64,000 nt of DNA, taken from contig CM074815.1 in the NCBI GenBank assembly GCA_037447605.1, positions 2,170,001 through 2,234,000 on the forward strand, given 5' to 3'. The stretch is from Zygnema circumcarinatum SAG 698-1b. Taxonomy: Eukaryota > Plantae > Zygnematophyceae. The notes below the pieces were generated by a model. The model saw nothing but the letters and a program-made list of their open reading frames with translations. It searched no databases and was not told where the DNA came from. The translations under genes were made by a program, and so were the position numbers. Below are positions 31,858 to 47,663 of this stretch, piece after piece; the first letter of the stretch is position 1; each line of letters starts with the position of its first letter.

Positions 31858-32403
31858 GGCTGCCTGCCCCTGCTGAGGAAGAGGGAGAGAGAGGAAAGAG
31901 GGGAAGGGCCCTTTTAAAACTGACCAAGAAGAAGGGTGGCCTTGCACGAAACTCCTCTTAGCTGACAGGTGTGTCTGTACGGAAAGGTACAAAATGATAC
32001 GGTATGGTACGGTGTGAATCAAATGCATTGTACGGACGAGAAAGTGACTGTTGGTACAGTACACTGTACATGTACGGACGGCCTTGAAAGGCTCTCACAG
32101 GCGGCCTTCTGGGCGCCGAGTGGAAAAAAAAAAAAAAAACGAGAGAGGCGAAATTTCTAAAGAAATTTGTGTTCACTGATGCACATATTCTTTGATATTC
32201 TTTGATGTCCTCCTCTTTGGATATCTGCGGACATTTTTCTATTTCATGCATTGCTCTTTGGCTGAGGCGGATGCGCCGGAATTAGGCGATTTCATGTGAA
32301 GACGATCATGGACATTGGATGAATGAAGGGAAACAGCTCGAATAGGAGGAGAAAACCCTAAAAAAAATAGGGTTTAGGGTTCAGGGTTCAGGATTTAGGA
32401 TTT

Positions 32404-35400
32404 GATGATGGAACCGCGAGACGGGCGAGTTCGCTGCCGTCCGGATACCAGCGGAGATGGAAAGCGAGTCGTTGCGGATTACGGAACTGGGAGCAGTTCC
32501 ATGCTGCCCTGCAGCTCGGAGTACCCCCTGCTTGCAATGCTGCACCAGGCAATGAAGGATGAGAAGGTGAAGCTCGCCCTCAGCACGGCGGGGATTGTGC
32601 TCTGCCGGCACCTGGCCATGTATGCTGAAAAGGTAGCAACAGCCAACCAACTTGGTTTTTAATTGTATATGCAGATGCATACGAAGTTTTTTTTATAAAA
32701 AAAGAAGTAAATGACAACTGGCTAATCAGGTTAACCAAACCAGTTAACTAGTACTGGTTTTTGAAAGCTGGTATTGTTTGGGGTTCAGAGACTTTGCTTC
32801 CTACTTGGGTTGGATGCTTTTAGGGTTTTTTATTGCTTGGAGTGTGTGACTGTCAATTTTTTTTTGTTGTTTGAATTAAAGTCATCGCAATCTCCAAATT
32901 TCTAACTAATTTTGTTAATTGTTCATAGGTTAATTGCTAATGTTAAGGATCAATCACATAGCAATGAGTCAGTCAGGTTCCTCTATCAACCAATTCATCG
33001 TTCTCCCTCCTCCCTCTCCCACCCCTTCCCCCACCCCTCTCCCTCCCCTCCTCCCTCTCCCTCCCTCGAAGCCTTCAAGTAGCTAAACCATACAAACTCT
33101 TACAACCCATGAAGACCGAACAGACTTCCTCTGAACACGAACCCCTCTGAACCCTAAGACTCTGACATTCCAAACCCTAAATTTGGGTTGCAGGAGCTTC
33201 TGGTGAACACGCTCTATGGTGAAGGCCGAGACACCTTTCCTGCATACTCTGACTTTCTCAGTCTTGTGCACGCTATAGCGGCATGCATTGTAGCTCTCCT
33301 GCACTACCTCGTACGGCTCCGATACCCTAAACCCTAAAAATATTTTGTCCTTAACCCTGAAGATTCCTTGAAACTAAACCAAAAGCCCCTTTCTGGATTG
33401 ATGTCAGCAATTTTTTTTTTTGAGATGTTCACTGTTCTTGATGAGTTGGATGTAGTTTTTTCTAAACAAATTTTATGTAGGGCCAGTAACTTTTTTGCTG
33501 TTGGTCGATTCTTTTGAAAGATAGTAGATTCTACTGTTTCAAGGGCTTTTTGATTTTTTGAAAATTCTGAAATATTGAAAAAAGTTGAACTCTTGTTACT
33601 TACAATGACCCTAAAATCAAAACCTTAATGTTCTTTTCTTTTTTTGGAGCAGAATCCCAAATCTAAAACCCCAAATCTCCACTTACTTGATTTGACAGAT
33701 GAGAAGAAAATGGGTAATTCCCATCGCTCCCATATCCACCTACACGGTAATCGCTTCCTTTGGAACGCTCGCTGTGGCAAGCGAACATCAGGTCAGCTGT
33801 TGCCGGTTCCGTTCCATTGCTGTTACTGTTACAGTTATGCACCTTTGTCATTTCTCTTGGACTGAACTGGACAGTTTAGTGCAGATCAGCTCAGCTTAGA
33901 TTAGTTCAGTTCAGTTCAGTTCAGTTTCAGCTCAGTTCAGTTCAGATCAGTTTAGATCAGTTCTGAACTGAATTGATCATAACTGAGCTGATCTGAATTG
34001 AACTGAACTGAACTGAAATGAACTGGAACGATCTGATCTAATATGAACTGAACTGATCTAAGCTGAGCTGATCTGAACTGAATTGATCATAGCTGAGCTG
34101 ATCTGAATTTAACTGAACTGAACTGAACTGAACTAAACTAAACTGAACCGAACTGAACTGTTTTGAACTGAACTAATCGTAGCTGAACTGAACTGAACTC
34201 AACTGAACTCAACTCAACTCAACTCAACTCAACTCAACTGAGCTCAACTGAACTGAACTATCCAACTGAATCCGTACGAGGGGCGTAGGCGTGCAGGTCG
34301 ATCATCATTACAGCATGGGAACGGCGGCCACATGGAAAGCCTTCGTTGTGCCCGCAGTCATGGTGAGTGGCAGTTTTAAAGTTTTGGGGATTCGCGATTT
34401 TGTCAGCCATTCAGCACCTGCAAACTCTGTATGATTAGGAGTTGTCAGCTCAATTTTCTATCGTCAAGTAATAATAGTAGTTCTATGTTTTCGGGTCCGT
34501 TCGATTCTTAATGGTTTTGGGTAGTTTGAGACTTGCTCAAGTGTGAGGGTTTGAGAGTATTTTTTAGGGTTTGAAGTCCTTTGTCCGACCTGACCGATTC
34601 CTTTCTATCAGGTCTGCTACGTCTGTTTTGGAGCTTTAGAAAATACGCAGCGCCGGAAGCTCTCTGTGAGTAAGCATGTGTTAAAAGGACATAAAATGTG
34701 TAGTATACTATGGTATTGTATAGTAATGATAATAATGTGTAGCTTGTATGTGCAAATATCATAGCAAGGAGGTATGTCAACAGTTACTGTGACTGTATGA
34801 ACAGTGAAGTGGATTGTCGCTTTCTGGGTTGTGGGACTCCCCCTCTCTCTTCTTACTCTCACCCTCACTTAGTTCTCTGTTTTTCGGTTTTCACACTTCT
34901 GTCAGTTTCTATCAAAATTTGAGTTATCTTTCAGTCTGCATCTCTCCCTCTCACATCTCTCTCTCGCTCACCCTCTCTCTCTTTTCAGTATCTTTGAAAC
35001 CCTCTTTCCTTCTACTCTGCATCTCGGCACGTCTTTTAGCTACCCAGCTTTCCCCCTTCCCATCGTTCTCTGCATCTCTCTCTCTCTCTCTCCTTCTCTT
35101 CCTTTCCCACCATCTCAGTCCACTCTCTGCCTTCCCGTTCATAGCGAAGCGGGGGAGGATTGTGGGAGTTTGTTTCCAGCTCCTCCAGTGTTTGCTGCTG
35201 AGAATAAAAGTGGGGTGGAAGGACTGCCTGCTTGTGGCCGCCTTCACAGTGGCGGCAATACTCGCTGCAGTTCCATGGGTGAGCTTCTGCCCAACTCTCC
35301 TTTTCTTCTCTCTCTCTCTCACTCATACACAGTCACTCTCTCGCTTTCCTCCCGCTCCCTCCCTTCCTCCCCCCCTCCCCCCCCTCCCCCNNNNNNNNNN

Positions 35401-36386
35401 TCTTCCCCTCCCCCCCGTCCCCCCTCCCCCTCCCTCTCCCCTTGCTCTCTCTCTCTCCCCCTCGCTTCCTCTCACTCTCTCTCTATCTCTCCCACTCTCA
35501 TTTTGTGAATGTTGTCTATTTGTTGGCATGCAGGCGGGTGCAATGGAGGTTTCAATGGGGGGGTCTACTATGGGGGAAATAAAATTGGACCGCGCTTTTT
35601 GGAGTCCCACTGCCGCAATTCTGCTCTCTCTCCTTTACATATGGTGAGCAGCCCTTATCCTCTCCTCCCATTCCTCTCCCCCCTTTCCCCCTTCCCTCCT
35701 ACCCCCCTTCTCCCTCCCTCGCCTTTCACCATCCAGACTACTTTCCCGAATCCAATCTAAAATCTTTGGATATGGTCAAAATTCAGCTTCTGACATCTAC
35801 TAAGGGAACTTCTATCTCTTCTTGAGGAATTTAGGAAATACAATGTATACAATATATACAATGTCTTGATACAAGGAAAGCAGATCAACCATACAAAGTT
35901 ATAAACTTTTCGGCAATGCTTTTGCTCGTTCTTGATCAGGTCTGTACTTTATAGTGTTCGATGCATGACTTCGATAACTTTGTTTGATATTGTAAGTACT
36001 TTCTGCCACGTGATGCAATGTGCAGGAGTGATAGTATAAGTCAGAGTTATCAGGACAAGCTCTACCGCGAGCGCGGAACGAGCTTATCCGAACAAATTTT
36101 TTTCATCTTCATTTTTTCGGGGCTTATCAACCTCGTTGGTAAGAAAACAAAAAGTGCAAAAGGAAAGCAAAACCTTAATAGTCTTTGAAACCTGCGTACT
36201 CCTTTCTTTTGAAGATTGTGATTTTCTCAGTCTTCTGGGAATCAATCGAAAGGGGTACTTAGCGACTAGCTGACTTTACAGGACCAACTAACAATCCTTC
36301 TGCTGCTGCTCATCTTTCATACTCATATTTTCCTTCTTCTTCTCGAGAGGAAAGAGTGTTAAGGGCTCTAGAAACTGTAATCATTT

Positions 36387-36418
<32 letters not shown>

Positions 36419-37881
36419 TTTATGTCTTCCCCCTCCAACTCTTGCAGGTTTTCTGATCGGCAAGCATAAGGCCGCCATTGTGGGTTTTGTGATCGATCAT
36501 CCTCAAGTCATCTTCAGCGTCGCCATCTCATCACTGGTATTTTAATCTGACCCTCCAAAACAATATCATTCTCCTTCCGCATCTCTCTCCTCTCCTCTCC
36601 CCTCCCATTCCCTGAACTGCTGTTACCATACAAAGCATTACAAGAATCTGTAGAGATTCAATCAACTTTCGTCACCGCCGCTCCCTTCTCTTTTCTCCTC
36701 TCTCCCTCTTGTCCTTTGACTCGTAAACCTTCATGTGGAATCACTCACTCACTCTCTCTCCCTCTCCCTCTCCCCCTCCCCCCGAAAGAAACTCACTCTT
36801 CCTTTCGTTGACTAGCTTCTCATACTTTGCTGCCTTAGGATAGGATTTTCCAGCACCTACCACTCCAATAGAGTTCAGAGGTTTTAGGGTTAGCTGACTC
36901 CTTGACAGGCCGAGGGTTGAGGGTTGAGGGGTCTCAGCCTGTGGTAGCGCGTCTCTACCTCATGGCATACATGCTCCGCCTTTGTGGGGCTCTCATCTGC
37001 GTGATGATCCATCAGGTGGGTTTTTAGGGTTTGTTCCATATACATGAGAATGGATATGAATCATGCATGCACATGTGAAAGAACTCTCATATGAATGGTT
37101 GGTTTAGTTCTGATTTTCGCCCTGTGCTTATATAGAGAAGAGTTTTCTTCATCCATCTGTTCGTTATTGTTCTGCAGAAGTTTACAGGCACCAGGTGGGA
37201 AGGGGCGAGGGTGTATTGGGTTATTTTCTGATGGTGATGATGTTGCGGATGATGATGATGGTGATGATGATGATGATGGTGATGATGATGGTAGGTGATG
37301 ATGGCGGCTGCGGTGGTTGTCAATCTTGGGCTCATCTACAGCAGGGATAGCCCCTTTCGGTGGCTCGGCACAGTGAGTACTATCCCTCCTTCCGCATGCG
37401 GAAGATAGCAACGTATCATCCTCATCACCCCTCTCCCACTTCTCTCTTCCCACCTCTCTGCTTCTCTTCCCCCTCCCACCTCTCTCTCACTCTCTCTCTC
37501 CCCTCTCTCCCTCCCGCCCTCTCTCTCTCTCTCTCTCGCCCCCGCTCTCTCTCTCTCTCTTTCTCACACACACACACACACACACACACACAGCCCTTAG
37601 GATGAGGTTGCATGCAGCGATGTATAACAGTCCTGCAAACCCCCACCCATGGTATGGCATGCATGCAGGGCGCCATGGCGGGCATCCTGCTGTACATGAT
37701 GTGGGCCATGCCGCACGCCACCATGGCCATGGAGAAGGACCTCCACGAGGGCCACTCGCGCTATGAAGGGCGCTCCATATCAAAGCAGGAGCAGGAGCTG
37801 CTGCTCAAAGCAGGGGGGAGCAAACCGACGACTGACCTGGTAATGGTTGAACTGGGGGACAGTTGTGACCTTCCGAAATAG
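32404..37881 (+). CDS. Divergent UAA-family (SLC35B/UTr-like) nucleotide-sugar transporter; exon structure only partly resolved
   Basis: Hydrophobic exons near 32404-32631, 33193-, 34297-34362, about 35178-35278, 35533-35643, 36026-36138 (SDSISQSYQDKLYRERGTSLSEQIFFIFIFSGLINLV, like the QDKLF...QIFY motif of SLC35B2/UTr5), 36449-36536, 36938-37015 and 37670-37838. The 3' end is uncertain. Confidence 0.55.
33862..34270. repeat. Inverted pentamer array (CAGTT)n switching to (AACTG)n, hairpin-forming, in an intron
   Basis: Orientation flips at about 33963 (cagttctgaactg). Related short copies at about 2985-3030, 53695-53720 and 54082-54100. Confidence 0.8.
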
Positions 37882-37893
37882 AGAGAGAGAGAG

Positions 37894-37989
<96 letters not shown>

Positions 37990-38029
37990 AAAAAAGAAAA
38001 AGAAAAAAAAAAAAAAAGAAAAAGAAGTG

Positions 38030-38065
<36 letters not shown>

Positions 38066-38939
38066 AAGATGGGGCCGTGCTTTTTTGCAGTGGCATTATT
38101 GTACTATAACGCCTAAGGTTGAATTTTCATGTTTATAAGTTTTCCAGTCAATTGTAAAGCTTGCTGACGTTTTCTCACGGCTTCGTCACACATGTTGATT
38201 TTTCTGTCATTTTGTTGTTGATGACGTCATGTCTCGTGTGGAATGGTTGAAAGGTTGAATGACAAAGCTTGCCACGTGGCATATGGCTAAAACCATTCCA
38301 TTCTTAAAGGACAGCATTTGTTTTTTGTGGTTTTGTTGGATGCCAACTTGACAAATGGCGCAATCTTAGTGGTCGAGCAGGTCAAAAACCAGTCCCCTTG
38401 AACCAGTTTCCACATGCGGACAATTCAAATGTGGAGGTTGAAAATTTTGAGAATCCGGAGACCCCCAAAACCCTAAAATTTTCTTCCGACCTTCATTCGG
38501 TTTCAACTCCCGAGATTTTAACTCTTTTTAACAAAGGTCTAAACATGAGCATACACTTCAAGTGTTAATAGAATTTTCAACTCTTAGAACTAGGACCATA
38601 AGTCAAAAAGCTTTGAACCGTGGTGGAAGGTGTGGGTCCCACCGGACATGAGGGCTAAATGTGTAATTAATTACGTAAAATCCTCTCCTTATAGATACAT
38701 GCTCAGCAATGACCTTAAATTTAGACTTCCGCCTTCTGACGTATCCAACATTTTACAAATTTCATCACATTTTACATCATTGCTATAGAAAGGCACAAAT
38801 TTGAGTCCACAATGGTGTCCAAATCGGCTCAAAATATGCTTTTATTCCTGAAAAAATGACTTTTTTTATTGGGTTTCCGTGTTACATTGTTTAAGCAGTA
38901 CGACCCCACATCCAACCTATAAACTGTTACAGGGAAACC

Positions 38940-41289
<2,350 letters not shown>

Positions 41290-41800
41290 GCCTCCCTCGC
41301 ACGTGCAGACGCCCCAGGCAGGTGCCAAATGTTTTTCTCGCTGCTGCCCGGCTTCCACAGCCACTCCCCGCGAGCTGAGAAGAGGGGGGAGGAGGGGTAG
41401 TCCCTATTTGTTATATTTTTCAGTGTTTTAAATGTAACCTCTGAAAAAAAAAACTTCCTTTTTGAGCCCGTTTTCATGTGGGTGTTTTGCTGTCCCAGTC
41501 GCTGTTTCACGATGAACTGCTGACTGGAACGGAGTTCAGAATCATGTACATGGCTGCCACGCTGGCAGACCATTCGCCATTCGGAAGGCACTATTTGATG
41601 ACGTGGCGAAATGAGCCAATCAGAAGGGGGATGGACTGGATCGTGTCCGTAACCTGTACGGCCATAGGAGGAAGTTGTACGGAAGCAGTCCCTTTCTCTC
41701 TCCCTCTCGCTCTCTCTCTCTCATCCGACCTCTCCCCTCATTCAATCCCCCTCTCTCTTTATCTATCTTGTCTTGCCCTAGCTCTCGCCTACGTCTTCCT

Positions 41801-41854
<54 letters not shown>

Positions 41855-42917
41855 NNNNNNNNNNTCTCTCTCTCTCTATCTCTCCCTCTTTCCCTCTTTT
41901 TTTCTCTCTCTTCCCCTCTCCCCCCCCCATGATGATGCTGCTACAGGCAGAGCTCTTTCCCCCATTCTACTTTCAGCGAGGTCATGGCGTGAAGGTATCC
42001 AAGCAATGCCTCCCCGATGTTTCTATTTTTAAATGATATTATTATTTTCATTATTTTTATTAATGTCCAGGGGACCTTAGGGTTTGCAGATCCTTCTTAA
42101 GCTTTCTGAATTCTGGCTTATTTCCTTAAACTTGTGTTTTTTAGCCCTGATGAAGGTTTTCGATTTAATTAATTTAGATCCTTTAACCTAACTCGGGGGG
42201 GAGTGAGAGACGGGAGGAAGAGGGAGAGTTGGAGGGGAGAGAGAGTTGTGGGGGGAAGAGAAAGTGGGAGAGGGGGAAAGAGAGAGAGAGAAGGGGGGGA
42301 TAGAGAGATGTGGTGGGAAAGAGAGAGAGGTAGAGAGAGAGAAGGGGGGAGTAAGAGTGGGAGAGGGAGAGAGAAGGGGGGGAGAGAGAGTGGGAGAGGG
42401 AGAGAGATGTGGAGGGAAGACAGTGGGAGAGAAGGGAGGAAGAGAGAGAGAGAGAAGGGGGTGATAGAAAGATGTGGGGGGGAAGAGAGAGAGGGAAAGA
42501 GAGAGAGAAGGGGAGAGAAAGAGTGGGAGAGGGAGAGAGATGTGGTGGGAAGAGAGTGGGAGAGAAGGGGGGGATAAAGAGATGTGGGGGGGAAGGGAGA
42601 GAGGGAGAGAGAGAAAGCAGGGGGAGAGAGAGTGGGAGAGGGAGAGAGAAGGGGGGGAGAGATGTGGAGGGAAGAGAGAGTGGGAGAGAGAGAAGGGGGG
42701 AGAGAGAGAGTGGGAGAAAGAGAGGGAGAGAGAGAAAAGGGGGAGAGAGAGAGACGTAGAGGGTGAGAAGGGGGGGAGAGAGAGAGGGTTTCATTTCCTT
42801 TTGGAACAAATTTCTGAATTCTTTAAAATCCTCCGCAATGCAGGCGGACACCTGAAATCTCTCGATCGATTCTTTTTTTCTACCGCTACTTTTCCATACA
42901 TTGGAGGTTTCTGAGCC

Positions 42918-45900
42918 ATGCGGCGGGCCAATAGCTTCGCGCCACCTGTCCCCTCCCCCCCCCTTCACATGATCCATGGCCTCCCTCACCAAGTTCGAAA
43001 TTTTCGACTCCGGCCAGGCTCGATGCTCTCCCGCTTCCTATTTTTTATTTTTTTCTGCTCCGTTTTTTTTTCAATTGTGGGCATTCTCTCATTCAAGGAA
43101 GAGCTAGTGACCGAAAGGGAAAGGTTAAAAATGGCTCAAATGGACAGCTGGCGCTCTCCCATTGGTCGAGCCCCCCAGGAAAATCTGACAAAAGAGGGTG
43201 CGGTCGAGAAGGTGGAATTTTCGGAATTGAAAGAGGAAATAGGAATTAGAAATTTAAATTTAGGAAATGTAGAATTTGGGGGTACTGGGGAGGGCCTCCG
43301 GAAATGTATTTTAACCCTAAATAGGGGTGAATTAGAGAATAGGACAAAAAGGCCAACGGAGGATATTTGTTGGAGCCGAACTGAACAGCCGTTGTATCGC
43401 TGTTCACGGAATTCCGTTGGGCCTCCAACGGCGAAATTTACGGAACTGTTAAACAGATACGCTACGCTTCACAGAAACTGCACGCAACATGTCACGAATT
43501 GGACCACTTATTTTTTGACACGTGGCGTTGGAGGCCATAGGGGAGTCCCAAAGGAGCCCACAACACGACAAAGATGGAGACGGAGAATTCCGGATTCGGA
43601 AAATTCTGCCTCAAATTCGGATTTTGATTTCCGAAAATGTCAGTTTCTGGTGTGGCTAGAGCCGCCGGCGGGTTTGGGAAACCGGCTCTCCTCATTGGTC
43701 GGAGCTTTCCTTTACGCAGTTCTAACGGAACGCGTGTTACTTGTGAACGGAAATCCGTCACTGTTACCGCGACTTCTATGTGAGCCCTTTCCGGAATCTT
43801 CCTGGTACCTTCCGCAAGAGTCCGCATCTTCCATCATTTCAGAGCTCAACAATGCGCCACGTGTCGGCGAGGTATTGGACGGGAAGCCAACGGAACGGAA
43901 CGGAACTGAAACTAGGGCGAGTACGGCGTACATATATCTCCTTTACGATTTCCAAAAATCGGATTGGAGTTTTTTTTGTGCCAAGGGCCAAAAGGCGCTT
44001 CATGAGAAGCAATGGGTCGCGTACATGGCGGATGAATATGTGGGGCCCGCCTTCTACTTTTTGGAATCGTTTCGGAAAATACTCGACGATGTTTCTCCAG
44101 AGAGGTAAAAATATATCACAATTTGATCCCTCTCTCTCTCTTTCTCTTTCTCCCTCTCTTTCTCCCTCTGTTTCCCTCTCACTCTCTCTCCCTCTCTTTC
44201 TCCCTCGCTTTCCCTCTCTCTCTCTTCCTTTTTTCTACCTCTCTTTCCCTCTCTCTCTCTCTTTCTCCCTCTCTTTCCCACTCTCTCTCTCTTTCTCTCT
44301 CTCTCTCTAGGAGTCATGAGCTATTCTTCATGTACCATTTGTGACCCAAACATTCCTTACACCCTATTTACACCCAATTGTGAAGGTTAAATTAACGTTG
44401 CAAATGTCTTCTGCTGCAAAGCCTTTTGTTAGGAAGTGCCTTCGCAGTTTTATGTTGTAGTTCGCAGACAGAGATTGGACCTTCTGTTTCTCTCCCTCCC
44501 CTACCTCCCACCTTCTCCCACTTCCTCCATCTCCTCTCCCTCTTCTCTCCTTCCCCCTGTCACTCCCCCTCTTCCTTTCCTTGTCCCTCTCTCCCCTCCT
44601 CCCCCACTCTCTCCCTCCCTCACCCTCTCCCGCCCCTCCCTTTCCCTCTCCCAATCTTCCTCTCTCCCCCACACTCTCCCCCACCATCTCCCTCACCCTC
44701 TCCTCGCTCTCCCTCTCCCTCTCCTTCTCCCCTCCTTCCTCTCCCCCCCCCTCAACTTCCCTCAGTCCCTTACCCTAAAAACCCTCAAAACAGCCTCTAA
44801 ATTCCACCTAATTTCTACCATATATTCGATCTGTGCTACCCTTCTATTTAATAAACCCTACATTTCCTTGTTCTTATCCCCTTCCTTCGTCTCCCTCCCT
44901 CCCTCCCTCCCCCCTCCCATTTCCTGCAGGCATGTTTTCACCCACCTTGCCCGCCACCTTTTGAGTCCCTCCAACTTCATGTGGGAGCGGATCACGCGCA
45001 TATATCGGAACATGGCGCGTGACGTGACAAAGACAGTGGGGGTGCAGGTTCGAACCTTCAACGCGTACGAAAATGTGAACGTACGGATCTACGACTGCCT
45101 CACGAATACGACAAAAACGTTGCCGGAAGCGGTGAATGCGGAGGAAATTCTGGCACAAGAGGAAGGGCCCAAAAATGTAAATTTTAATCCGAGGGGAAAA
45201 TTCGTGTCCGTTTTTTTGACTTCACTTCAGGTATGAAGGCTCGACGCGTGGCAATCGATGTTCAACAGAAAGGGGGGGGGGGGGGGGGGGGNNNNNNNNN
45301 NATATATCTCCTTTACGATTTCCAAAAATCGGATTGGAGTTTTTTTTGTGCCAAGGGCCAAAAGGCGCTTCATGAGAAGCAATGGGTCGCGTACATGGCG
45401 GATGAATATGTGGGGCCCGCCTTCTACTTTTTGGAATCGTTTCGGAAAATACTCGACGATGTTTCTCCAGAGAGGTAAAAATATATCACAATTTGATCCC
45501 TCTCTCTCTCTTTCTCTTTCTCCCTCTCTTTCTCCCTCTGTTTCCCTCTCACTCTCTCTCCCTCTCTTTCTCCCTCGCTTTCCCTCTCTCTCTCTTCCTT
45601 TTTTCTACCTCTCTTTCCCTCTCTCTCTCTCTTTCTCCCTCTCTTTCCCACTCTCTCTCTCTTTCTCTCTCTCTCTCTAGGAGTCATGAGCTATTCTTCA
45701 TGTACCATTTGTGACCCAAACATTCCTTACACCCTATTTACACCCAATTGTGAAGGTTAAATTAACGTTGCAAATGTCTTCTGCTGCAAAGCCTTTTGTT
45801 AGGAAGTGCCTTCGCAGTTTTATGTTGTAGTTCGCAGACAGAGATTGGACCTTCTGTTTCTCTCCCTCCCCTACCTCCCACCTTCTCCCACTTCCTCCAT

Positions 45901-47663
45901 CTCCTCTCCCTCTTCTCTCCTTCCCCCTGTCACTCCCCCTCTTCCTTTCCTTGTCCCTCTCTCCCCTCCTCCCCCACTCTCTCCCTCCCTCACCCTCTCC
46001 CGCCCCTCCCTTTCCCTCTCCCAATCTTCCTCTCTCCCCCACACTCTCCCCCACCATCTCCCTCACCCTCTCCTCGCTCTCCCTCTCCCTCTCCTTCTCC
46101 CCTCCTTCCTCTCCCCCCCCCTCAACTTCCCTCAGTCCCTTACCCTAAAAACCCTCAAAACAGCCTCTAAATTCCACCTAATTTCTACCATATATTCGAT
46201 CTGTGCTACCCTTCTATTTAATAAACCCTACATTTCCTTGTTCTTATCCCCTTCCTTCGTCTCCCTCCCTCCCTCCCTCCCCCCTCCCATTTCCTGCAGG
46301 CATGTTTTCACCCACCTTGCCCGCCACCTTTTGAGTCCCTCCAACTTCATGTGGGAGCGGATCACGCGCATATATCGGAACATGGCGCGTGACGTGACAA
46401 AGACAGTGGGGGTGCAGGTTCGAACCTTCAACGCGTACGAAAATGTGAACGTACGGATCTACGACTGCCTCACGAATACGACAAAAACGTTGCCGGAAGC
46501 GGTGAATGCGGAGGAAATTCTGGCACAAGAGGAAGGGCCCAAAAATGTAAATTTTAATCCGAGGGGAAAATTCGTGTCCGTTTTTTTGACTTCACTTCAG
46601 GTATGAAGGCTCGACGCGTGGCAATCGATGTTCAACAGAAAGGGGGGGGGGGGGGGGGGGGNNNNNNNNNNGGGGGGGGGGGGGGGGGGGGGGGGTTAGG
46701 GTTTAACGCTTAGGGTTTAACGTGCAGGGTTTAACCTTCAGGGTTTAATCTTCAGGGTTTAACGCTTAGGGTTTAACGCTCAGGGTTTAACGTTTTGGGT
46801 TTCACGTTCAGGGTTTAACATTGAGGGTTTAACGCTTAGGGTTTAACGCTTAGGGCTTAACGTGTAGGGTTTAACCTGCAGGGTTTAACGCTTAGGGTTT
46901 AACGCTTAGGGTTTCACGTTTTGGGCTTCACGTTTAGGGTTTAACATTGAGGGTTTAACGCTTACGGTTTCACATTGAGGGTTTTCACGTTTAGGGTTTG
47001 GAGTCTAGGGTCTAGGTCTAGGCTGTAGGGTTCAGGGTTTCAGTTGCAGGTATTCATGTATATCGTCTAGGCTTCCACAAATGACGCTTTTGCAAACTGA
47101 GAACTCATAGATCAGTCGGTGACATTGTCCTCTTTCCCTCCCATGTTTTTGTTCAGTCCTCGCACTACGAGTACCTGAAGTCACGGTACACGGACGGAAC
47201 TGCGGCGGATGGAACCGTTGTCTCGGTCTACTCCGAGAGCCACCAAGAGGCCGAAGACTACGGAACGTGGGGATGGAACCAGACAAAACTGGCTTTTACG
47301 GAAATCTGGGTCCTCAGTTTCACGGACGAGTTATTTATCACATATACCTCCAGTTTCGGGTACTTAGCGGCGGGGCTGGCAGGGATCCGGCCGTACATTT
47401 TGAATGTGGCTAATAGGTTTGGGGGGGGGTATTGGCGTACGAATAAAAGGGGGGTTTGCGAATTAGGGAGGGGGCCCGAGCCGTGCTATCAGACCCCCCC
47501 GTTCCTTGCGGACTGCGTGGAGCACAACGGAACTGACATTGGGGAAGTGGTGCCACATGTGAAGAGGTGTTTGGACTTCCCGAGAGGAGTGCAAGTGGTT
47601 TCAAACATGATGCCCTCTTTGGAAAATTTGGAATCAAATGGAAGCCGAGTTGGGGTCGTGTAA
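42918..47663 (+). CDS. Xyloglucan (alpha-1,2) fucosyltransferase-like, GT37/FUT family, type II membrane protein
   Basis: Exons 42918-44104 (N-terminal TM helix FLFFIFFCSVFFSIVGILSF; AGLGNRLSSLVGAFLYAVLTERVLLV; LCEPFPESSW), 44928-45230 (RHLLSPSNFMWERITRIY; VGVQVRTF; VSVFLTSL) and 47157-47663 (AFTEIWVLSFTDELFITYTSSFGYLAAGLAGIRPYIL; EPCYQTPP). Confidence 0.88.
45302..46661 (+). other. Apparently exact duplicate of 43932-45291, bounded by N gaps (probable assembly overlap artefact)
   Basis: Identical ORF sets offset by 1370 nt; both copies end in poly-G followed by 10 N. Confidence 0.8.
46694..47040 (+). repeat. Telomere-derived 14-nt minisatellite (GGGTTTAACGCTTA and variants) in the FUT intron
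   Basis: About 22 units such as agggtttaacgctt, agggtttaacgtgc and agggtttcacgttt. Confidence 0.85.

Noticed and set aside
45302-46661. Tandem duplication of the FUT exon 1 end and exon 2 as real exon duplication
   Set aside because: Copies appear identical including the introns, and both end at poly-G plus a 10-N gap, the signature of an unmerged contig overlap.
46672-47040. Chromosome end or true telomere
   Set aside because: The array is degenerate, intronic and followed by the in-frame last exon of the fucosyltransferase.
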